Positions 26,008-32,038 of a DNA stretch of 32,038 bases are shown here, piece by piece. The DNA is from a virus (Duplodnaviria; Heunggongvirae; Uroviricota; Caudoviricetes). Below the pieces are notes generated by a model that was given only the letters and a program-made list of their open reading frames with translations, did not search any database and had not been told where the DNA came from. The stretch is taken from positions 1-32,038 of the IMG/VR virus record IMGVR_UViG_2778261509_000010; one strand, written 5' to 3'. Each line of letters begins with the position of its first letter. Positions within the stretch are counted from its first letter, which is position 1. The position numbers and the translations under genes are program-made.

Positions 26008-28447
26008 CAATGTAAAATTACAGGTATTGCTCAGGGCTGTTGACCAGGCATCCCGCCCGTTTAAATCCATCCGCACAGCGAGCAAATCGCTGTCGGGGGA
26101 TATCCGGGAAACACAAAAATCACTGCGCGAGCTGAACGGTCACGCATCCCGTATTGAGGGATTTCGCAAGACCAGTGCACAGCTCGCCGTGACTGGTCAT
26201 GCACTTGAAAAGGCACGGCAGGAGGCCGAAGCCCTTGCCACACAGTTTAAAAACACCGAACGTCCGACACGTGCTCAGGCGAAAGTGCTGGAATCCGCAA
26301 AGCGTGCGGCGGAGGACTTACAGGCGAAATATAACCGCCTGACGGATTCCGTTAAACGCCAGCAGCGGGAACTGGCCGTTGTGGGAATTAATACCCGCAA
26401 TCTTGCACATGATGAGCAGGGACTGAAAAACCGTATCAGTGAAACCACCGCACAGCTTAACCGTCAGCGTGACGCGCTGGCGCGTGTCAGTGCGCAACAG
26501 GCAAAACTTAACGCAGTAAAACAGCGTTATCAGGCAGGCAAGGAACTGGCCGGAAATATGGCCTCAGTGGGCGCTGCCGGTGTGGGGATTGCGGCGGCGG
26601 GAACGATGGCCGGAGTTAAGTTGCTGATGCCCGGTTATGAGTTTGCGCAGAAAAACTCAGAATTGCAGGCCGTGCTCGGAGTGGCAAAAGACTCCGCCGA
26701 AATGACCGCACTACGCAAACAGGCGCGCCAGCTCGGCGACAATACCGCCGCTTCGGCGGATGATGCGGCCGGTGCACAGATAATCATCGCGAAAGCGGGT
26801 GGGGATGTTGATGCCATTCAGGCGGCAACGCCGGTCACGCTGAATATGGCGCTGGCGAACCGCCGCACGATGGAAGAAAACGCCGCCCTGCTGATGGGGA
26901 TGAAATCCGCCTTTCAGCTTTCAAACGATAAGGTCGCTCATATCGGGGATGTTCTCTCCATGACGATGAACAAAACCGCCGCCGATTTTGACGGCATGAG
27001 CGATGCGCTGACCTATGCCGCACCTGTGGCAAAAAATGCCGGTGTCAGCATTGAAGAAACCGCCGCAATGGTCGGGGCGCTGCATGATGCAAAAATTACC
27101 GGTTCAATGGCGGGGACGGGAAGCCGTGCCGTGTTAAGCCGCCTGCAGGCACCGACGGGAAAAGCATGGGATGCACTCAAAGAGCTTGGTGTGAAAACCT
27201 CAGACAGCAAGGGAAACACCCGGCCAATATTTACCATTCTGAAAGAAATGCAGGCCAGTTTTGAGAAAAACCGGCTCGGTACTGCCCAGCAGGCTGAATA
27301 CATGAAAACTATTTTCGGGGAGGAGGCCAGCTCAGCCGCCGCCGTGCTGATGACTGCCGCCTCAACCGGAAAGCTGGACAAACTGACCGCTGCGTTTAAA
27401 GCCTCAGACGGGAAGACCGCCGAGCTGGTAAATATCATGCAGGACAACCTCGGCGGTGACTTTAAAGAGTTTCAGTCCGCTTATGAGGCGGTGGGGACTG
27501 ACCTGTTTGACCAGCAGGAAGGCGTGCTGCGTAAGCTCACGCAGACGGCCACAAAGTATGTGTTAAAACTCGACGGCTGGATCCAGAAAAACAAATCACT
27601 GGCATCAACCATCGGCCTCATTGTCGGTGGTGCACTGGCGCTGATTGGTGTCATCGGTGCCATTGGTCTTGTAGCCTGGCCGGTTATCACCGGCATCAAT
27701 GCCATTATCGCGGCAGCAGGCGCAATGGGGGCAATCTTCACGACGGTTAGCAGTGCTGTTATGACGGCCATCGGGGCGATTAGCTGGCCGGTTGTGGCCG
27801 TGGTGGCCGCCATTGTCGCCGGGGCGTTGCTTATCCGTAAATACTGGGAGCCTGTCAGCGCATTCTTTGGCGGTGTGGTTGAAGGGCTGAAAGCGGCATT
27901 TGCGCCGGTGGGGGAACTGTTCACGCCACTTAAGCCGCTGTTTGACTGGCTGGGTGAAAAGTTACAGGCCGCGTGGCAGTGGTTTAAAAACCTGATTGCC
28001 CCGGTTAAAGCCACCCAGGACACCCTGAACCGTTGCCGTGACACGGGCGTCATGTTCGGGCAGGCACTGGCTGACGCGCTGATGCTGCCGCTTAATGCGT
28101 TCAACAAACTGCGCAGCGGTATTGACTGGGTACTGGAAAAACTCGGTGTTATCAACAAAGAGTCAGACACACTTGACCAGACCGCCGCAAGGACTCATGC
28201 CGCCACGTATGGCACCGGTGGTTATATTCCGGCGACCAGCTCTTATGCAGGCTATCAGGCTTATCAGCCGGTCACGGCACCGGCTGGCCGCTCTTATGTG
28301 GACCAGAGTAAAAACGAATATCACATCAGCCTGACGGGTGGTACTGCGCCGGGGACACAGCTTGACCGCCAGTTACAGGATGCACTCGAAAAATACGAGC
28401 GGGATAAACGTGCGCGCGCCCGTGCCAGCATGATGCATGACGGTTAA
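26000..28447 (+). CDS. T: Tail tape measure protein (815 aa)
   Basis: Long coiled-coil N-terminal region, Ala/Gly-rich hydrophobic central segments; position. Confidence 0.9.
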   Translation: MSNNVKLQVLLRAVDQASRPFKSIRTASKSLSGDIRETQKSLRELNGHASRIEGFRKTSAQLAVTGHALEKARQEAEALATQFKNTERPTRAQAKVLESAKRAAEDLQAKYNRLTDSVKRQQRELAVVGINTRNLAHDEQGLKNRISETTAQLNRQRDALARVSAQQAKLNAVKQRYQAGKELAGNMASVGAAGVGIAAAGTMAGVKLLMPGYEFAQKNSELQAVLGVAKDSAEMTALRKQARQLGDNTAASADDAAGAQIIIAKAGGDVDAIQAATPVTLNMALANRRTMEENAALLMGMKSAFQLSNDKVAHIGDVLSMTMNKTAADFDGMSDALTYAAPVAKNAGVSIEETAAMVGALHDAKITGSMAGTGSRAVLSRLQAPTGKAWDALKELGVKTSDSKGNTRPIFTILKEMQASFEKNRLGTAQQAEYMKTIFGEEASSAAAVLMTAASTGKLDKLTAAFKASDGKTAELVNIMQDNLGGDFKEFQSAYEAVGTDLFDQQEGVLRKLTQTATKYVLKLDGWIQKNKSLASTIGLIVGGALALIGVIGAIGLVAWPVITGINAIIAAAGAMGAIFTTVSSAVMTAIGAISWPVVAVVAAIVAGALLIRKYWEPVSAFFGGVVEGLKAAFAPVGELFTPLKPLFDWLGEKLQAAWQWFKNLIAPVKATQDTLNRCRDTGVMFGQALADALMLPLNAFNKLRSGIDWVLEKLGVINKESDTLDQTAARTHAATYGTGGYIPATSSYAGYQAYQPVTAPAGRSYVDQSKNEYHISLTGGTAPGTQLDRQLQDALEKYERDKRARARASMMHDG

Positions 28448-28461
28448 GGAGGTGACGAAAA

Positions 28462-28941
28462 ATGATGCTCGCGTTAGGTATGTTTGTTTTTATGCGCCAG
28501 ACGCTGCCACACCAGACCATGCAGCGTGAATCAGATTATCGCTGGCCGTCAAATTCCCGTATCGGTAAACGGGATGCCTTTCAGTTTCTCGGTGTTGGCG
28601 ATGAAAACATCACGCTTGCCGGTGTGCTTTATCCTGAACTGACCGGCGGAAAGCTGACGATGACCACGCTCAGGCTGATGGCAGAGGAAGGCCGGGCGTG
28701 GCCGTTGCTGGATGGCACCGGCATGATTTACGGCATGTATGTCATCAGCAAGGTGAGTGAAACAGGGAGTATTTTCTTTGCAGACGGCACACCCCGGAAA
28801 ATTGATTTTACGCTGTCGCTCACCCGCGTTGATGAATCACTGGCCGCGCTTTATGGCGATATCGGTAAACAGGCGGAATCGCTTATCGGTAAGGCTGGCA
28901 GTATGGCGACTAAATTCACGGGTATGACGGGGGCGGGATAA
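28462..28941 (+). CDS. U: Tail protein U (tail terminator, 159 aa)
   Basis: AAGGAGG Shine-Dalgarno; position and size. Confidence 0.85.
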   Translation: MMLALGMFVFMRQTLPHQTMQRESDYRWPSNSRIGKRDAFQFLGVGDENITLAGVLYPELTGGKLTMTTLRLMAEEGRAWPLLDGTGMIYGMYVISKVSETGSIFFADGTPRKIDFTLSLTRVDESLAALYGDIGKQAESLIGKAGSMATKFTGMTGAG

Positions 28942-30104
28942 TGCTGGATGCACTGACATTTGATGCAGGCAGTACGCTGACGCCGGATTACATGCTGATG
29001 CTCGACAGCAGGGATATTACCGGCAATATCAGCGACCGTCTGATGAGCATGACCCTGACGGATAACCGGGGCTTTGAGGCTGACCAGCTTGATATTGAAC
29101 TGAACGATGCCGACGGGCAGGTCGGGCTGCCGGTTCGTGGCGCTGTCCTGACGGTGTATATCGGCTGGAAAGGTTTTGCCCTGGTATGTAAAGGGAAATT
29201 TACCGTTGATGAGGTTGAACACCGGGGCGCGCCGGATGTGGTCACCATCCGCGCCCGGAGTGCAGATTTTCGCGGGACGCTCAATTCCCGCCGTGAAGGC
29301 TCCTGGCATGATACCACGCTCGGTGCGATTGTTGAGGCGATAGCCTCCCGTAACAGGCTGGAAGCCAGTGTCGCTCCGTCACTGGCAGGAATTAAAATCC
29401 CGCACATCGACCAGTCGCAGGAGTCTGATGCGAAATTCCTGACCCGTCTTGCAGAACGCAACGGCGGTGAGGTCTCGGTAAAAATGGGAAAACTGTTGTT
29501 TCTCAAAGCGGGGCAGGGGGTGACGGCCAGTGGTAAAAAAATCCCGCAGATTACCATCACCCGCAGCGACGGCGACCGTCATCATTTTGCGATTGCTGAC
29601 CGTGGAGCTTACACCGGCGTAACGGCAAAGTGGTTACACACCAAAGACCCGAAGCCGCAAAAGCAGAAGGTAAAACTGAAACGCAAAAAGAAAGAGAAAC
29701 ACCTGCGCGCACTGGAGCACCCGAAAGCGAAACCAGTCACGCAGAAGAAAGCCCCTAAAGTACCGGAAGCGCGCGAAGGTGAATACATGGCCGGTGAGGC
29801 TGATAACGTTTTTGCCCTGACCACGGTATATGCCACGAAAGCGCAGGCCATGCGCGCCGCTCAGGCGAAGTGGGATAAACTGCAACGGGGCGTTGCGGAG
29901 TTCTCCATCAGCCTGGCTACCGGTCGGGCAGATATTTACACGGAAGCACCGGTTAAAGTGTCAGGCTTTAAGCGCGTCATAGACGAGCAGGACTGGACAA
30001 TCACTAAGGTGACACATTTTCTGAATAATAGCGGCTTCACGACGTCCTTAGAGCTTGAGGTCAGGCTTTCTGATGTGGAGTATGAAACAGAAGATGATGA
30101 GTGA
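28941..30104 (+). CDS. D: Tail protein D (387 aa)
   Basis: Start overlaps the U stop (TAATG); Lys-rich low-complexity linker KPQKQKVKLKRKKKEK. Confidence 0.85.
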   Translation: MLDALTFDAGSTLTPDYMLMLDSRDITGNISDRLMSMTLTDNRGFEADQLDIELNDADGQVGLPVRGAVLTVYIGWKGFALVCKGKFTVDEVEHRGAPDVVTIRARSADFRGTLNSRREGSWHDTTLGAIVEAIASRNRLEASVAPSLAGIKIPHIDQSQESDAKFLTRLAERNGGEVSVKMGKLLFLKAGQGVTASGKKIPQITITRSDGDRHHFAIADRGAYTGVTAKWLHTKDPKPQKQKVKLKRKKKEKHLRALEHPKAKPVTQKKAPKVPEAREGEYMAGEADNVFALTTVYATKAQAMRAAQAKWDKLQRGVAEFSISLATGRADIYTEAPVKVSGFKRVIDEQDWTITKVTHFLNNSGFTTSLELEVRLSDVEYETEDDE

Positions 30105-30185
30105 TGTGTTTTGTTTATCTGTTTGTTTTATAAGGATAAATCAACTAAAATGGCACCATCGACAAAACCGGAAGAGGTGCTCGCG

Positions 30186-30404
30186 ATGTTTCATTGTCCT
30201 TTATGCCAGCATGCCGCACATGCGCGTACAAGCCGCTATATCACTGACACGACAAAAGAGCGTTATCACCAGTGCCAGAACGTGAATTGCAGCGCCACGT
30301 TCATCACCTATGAGTCGGTACAGAGATACATCGTGAAGCCGGGAGAAGTCCACGCCGTAAGGCCGCACCCGTTACCGTCAGGGCAGCAAATTATGTGGAT
30401 GTAA
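30186..30404 (+). CDS. ogr: Ogr late-gene transcriptional activator (C4 zinc finger, 72 aa)
   Basis: ATG at 30186 (MFHCPLCQH...CQNVNC); last phage gene before att, as in P2. Confidence 0.85.
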   Translation: MFHCPLCQHAAHARTSRYITDTTKERYHQCQNVNCSATFITYESVQRYIVKPGEVHAVRPHPLPSGQQIMWM

Positions 30405-30414
30405 TTACAAACAG

Positions 30415-30441
30415 AAAGCCCCTCAGTCGAGGGGCTTTTTT
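30415..30441 (+). terminator. Intrinsic terminator after ogr
   Basis: Hairpin AGCCCCTC-AGTC-GAGGGGCT followed by T6. Confidence 0.75.
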
Positions 30442-30505
30442 GTCGATGTGGTCAATGTGTGGACGTGACCAGAAATAAATCCTTTTATTTCATTGAATTA
30501 CGCGT

Positions 30506-30532
30506 AAAAAATAAGCCCGTGTAAGGGAGATT
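30506..30532. repeat. attR: att core, right copy (27 bp)
   Basis: Exact direct repeat of 477-503, downstream of the ogr terminator. Confidence 0.8.
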
Positions 30533-30676
30533 ACACAGGCTAAGGAGGTGGTTCCTGGTACAGCTAGCATTTTATGGGTTATGTTTTTCAGCGAAACGGA
30601 TGATAACCTTAATAAATGCAGCTGTATGTGATCGGTTTCTAAGAATTTTCCATCCGGGAAAAATAATCGAAATTAA

Positions 30677-32038
30677 TCACTTACCGTGGGGGTTACGCGT
30701 GGTTTCCCCGGAGAAATTACGCATCAGCAGCGCGTAATTTAGCTCAAGATCCTGCGGCACCGGGAGCCACACAGTATAACCATCGCCTGGTGCTACCGGC
30801 ATAGCTTCGCCTTTGGCGTTTTCCATGTGCTCAAGGGTAAAGTTAATGTTGCCTTGCGGCGTCATCAGCTCAAGGCTGTCGCCAACGGAGAATTTATTTT
30901 TCACCGCTACCGCCGCGAGGTCCCCCTTGCGCTCACCGGTAAACTCACCAACAAACTGCTGGCGGTCAGAAACCGAATAACCGTATTCGTAGTTCTGATA
31001 ATCGTCGTGAGTATGACGACGCAGGAAACCTTCGGTATAGCCACGATGCGCCAGACCTTCCAGAGTTTCCAGCAGGCTGGTATCGAACGGTTTGCCCGCA
31101 GCGGCATCATCGATAGCTTTACGATAAACCTGTGCGGTGCGTGCGCAATAGTAGAAAGATTTAGTACGGCCTTCGATCTTCAGCGAATGCACGCCCATTT
31201 TGGTCAGGCGTTCTACATGGGCGATGGCGCGCAGATCTTTCGAGTTCATGATGTAAGTGCCGTGCTCATCTTCAAACGCGGTCATATACTCGCCCGGACG
31301 CTGGGCCTCTTCGATCATAAACACTTTGTCGGTTGGTGCGCCGATACCCAGCGTCGGCTCAACATTTTGCACCGGAATCGGCTCGTACTTGTGTACGATG
31401 TTGCCAACATCATCTTCTTTCCCTTCCAGGACGTTGTACTCCCAGCGGCAGGCGTTGGTGCAGGTGCCCTGGTTCGGGTCGCGCTTGTTGATATAGCCAG
31501 AGAGCAGGCAGCGACCGGAGTAGGCCATGCACAGCGCGCCGTGAACGAAGATCTCGATCTCCATATCCGGCACCTGATTGCGGATCTCTTCAATCTCTTC
31601 CAGCGACAGCTCGCGAGAGAGGATCACGCGGGTCAGGCCCATTTGCTGCCAGAATTTCACCGTCGCCCAGTTCACGGCGTTAGCCTGCACCGAAAGGTGG
31701 ATCGGCATTTCAGGGAAGTGCTCACGCACCAGCATAATCAGCCCTGGATCGGACATAATCAGCGCATCCGGCCCCATTTCCACCACCGGTTTCAGGTCAC
31801 GGATAAAGGTTTTCAGCTTGGCGTTGTGCGGTGCAATGTTGACCACGACATAAAACTTTTTCCCCAGCGCGTGGGCTTCATTGATGCCGAGCTGAAGATT
31901 TTCGTGGTTGAATTCGTTGTTGCGCACACGCAGGGAATAACGCGGCTGGCCCGCATAAACAGCATCTGCGCCATAAGCGAAAGCGTAACGCATATTTTTC
32001 AGCGTTCCCGCCGGGGAAAGGAGTTCCGGTTTAAACAT
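30677..32038 (-). CDS. yegQ: U32-family peptidase (yegQ/trhP-like, 453 aa), flanking host gene
   Basis: Full-length 453-aa ORF on the minus strand with its ATG at the last three bases of the window; sequence pattern of U32 peptidases; lies outside the att repeat. In E. coli K-12 a cryptic P2 remnant (ogrK) sits beside yegQ, consistent with this being a P2 attachment locus (from memory). Confidence 0.7.
   Translation of the reverse strand: MFKPELLSPAGTLKNMRYAFAYGADAVYAGQPRYSLRVRNNEFNHENLQLGINEAHALGKKFYVVVNIAPHNAKLKTFIRDLKPVVEMGPDALIMSDPGLIMLVREHFPEMPIHLSVQANAVNWATVKFWQQMGLTRVILSRELSLEEIEEIRNQVPDMEIEIFVHGALCMAYSGRCLLSGYINKRDPNQGTCTNACRWEYNVLEGKEDDVGNIVHKYEPIPVQNVEPTLGIGAPTDKVFMIEEAQRPGEYMTAFEDEHGTYIMNSKDLRAIAHVERLTKMGVHSLKIEGRTKSFYYCARTAQVYRKAIDDAAAGKPFDTSLLETLEGLAHRGYTEGFLRRHTHDDYQNYEYGYSVSDRQQFVGEFTGERKGDLAAVAVKNKFSVGDSLELMTPQGNINFTLEHMENAKGEAMPVAPGDGYTVWLPVPQDLELNYALLMRNFSGETTRNPHGK

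Larger units (their letters stand above)
477..30532. mobile_element. P2-like (Peduovirus-type) prophage, apparently complete
   Basis: Bounded by 27-bp direct repeats; full synteny int-C-cox-B-A-[cargo]-cos-Q-P-O-N-M-L-X-Y-K-lysAB(C)-R-S-V-W-J-I-H-G-FI-FII-E-T-U-D-ogr. Confidence 0.9.

Noticed and set aside
29640-29760. Lys-rich low-complexity tract (KPQKQKVKLKRKKKEK...) in D, considered as a possible inserted element or separate basic peptide
   Set aside because: It is in frame within D and reads as a flexible linker; no repeat boundaries or independent ORF.
26061-29885. Long alternative-frame ORFs inside T, U and D (for example 27481-28170 minus, 27013-27447 minus, 28988-29560 minus, 29634-29885 minus)
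   Set aside because: Lie opposite or out of frame within the tail genes; Ser/Ala/Pro-rich low-complexity translations typical of antisense GC-rich DNA.
1-32038. Search for CRISPR arrays, tRNA or rRNA genes and IS elements
   Set aside because: No regularly spaced short repeats, no tRNA-like cloverleaf candidates near the att cores, and no transposase-like ORFs were seen.

Overview
The window is almost entirely one P2-like (Peduovirus-type) temperate prophage of about 30 kb, apparently intact, bounded by a perfect 27-bp direct repeat (477-503 and 30506-30532). The left flank carries a small AT-rich lipoprotein gene and the right flank a U32-family peptidase gene (yegQ-like, minus strand). Gene order is the classic P2 order: int, C, Pe/Pc switch, cox, small early genes, B, A, then a variable cargo island, a cos-like 19-mer, and the late genes Q, P, O, N, M, L, X, Y, K, lysA, lysB/lysC, R, S, V, W, J, I, H, G, FI, FII, E/E', T, U, D, ogr. 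Many product lengths match what I recall for P2, from memory and not checked. The part worth a second look is the AT-rich cargo island between the end of A and cos (about 6456-9582), the position where P2 carries tin/old. Here it holds a multi-pass membrane protein on the plus strand and, on the minus strand, a ComEC-like metallo-beta-lactamase-fold hydrolase plus an unrecognised ~145-179 aa protein. I propose it as a candidate uncharacterised anti-phage or superinfection-exclusion module; that is inference from position and composition only. Other observations: a decayed duplicate of the A 3' end at the cargo boundary, an internal tandem duplication in tail-fibre gene H, an empty G-FI (Z/fun) slot, and a fragment of phage-arm-like sequence in the left flank. 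No rRNA, tRNA or CRISPR array was seen. All calls are by eye from the sequence and ORF track; no database search was run.
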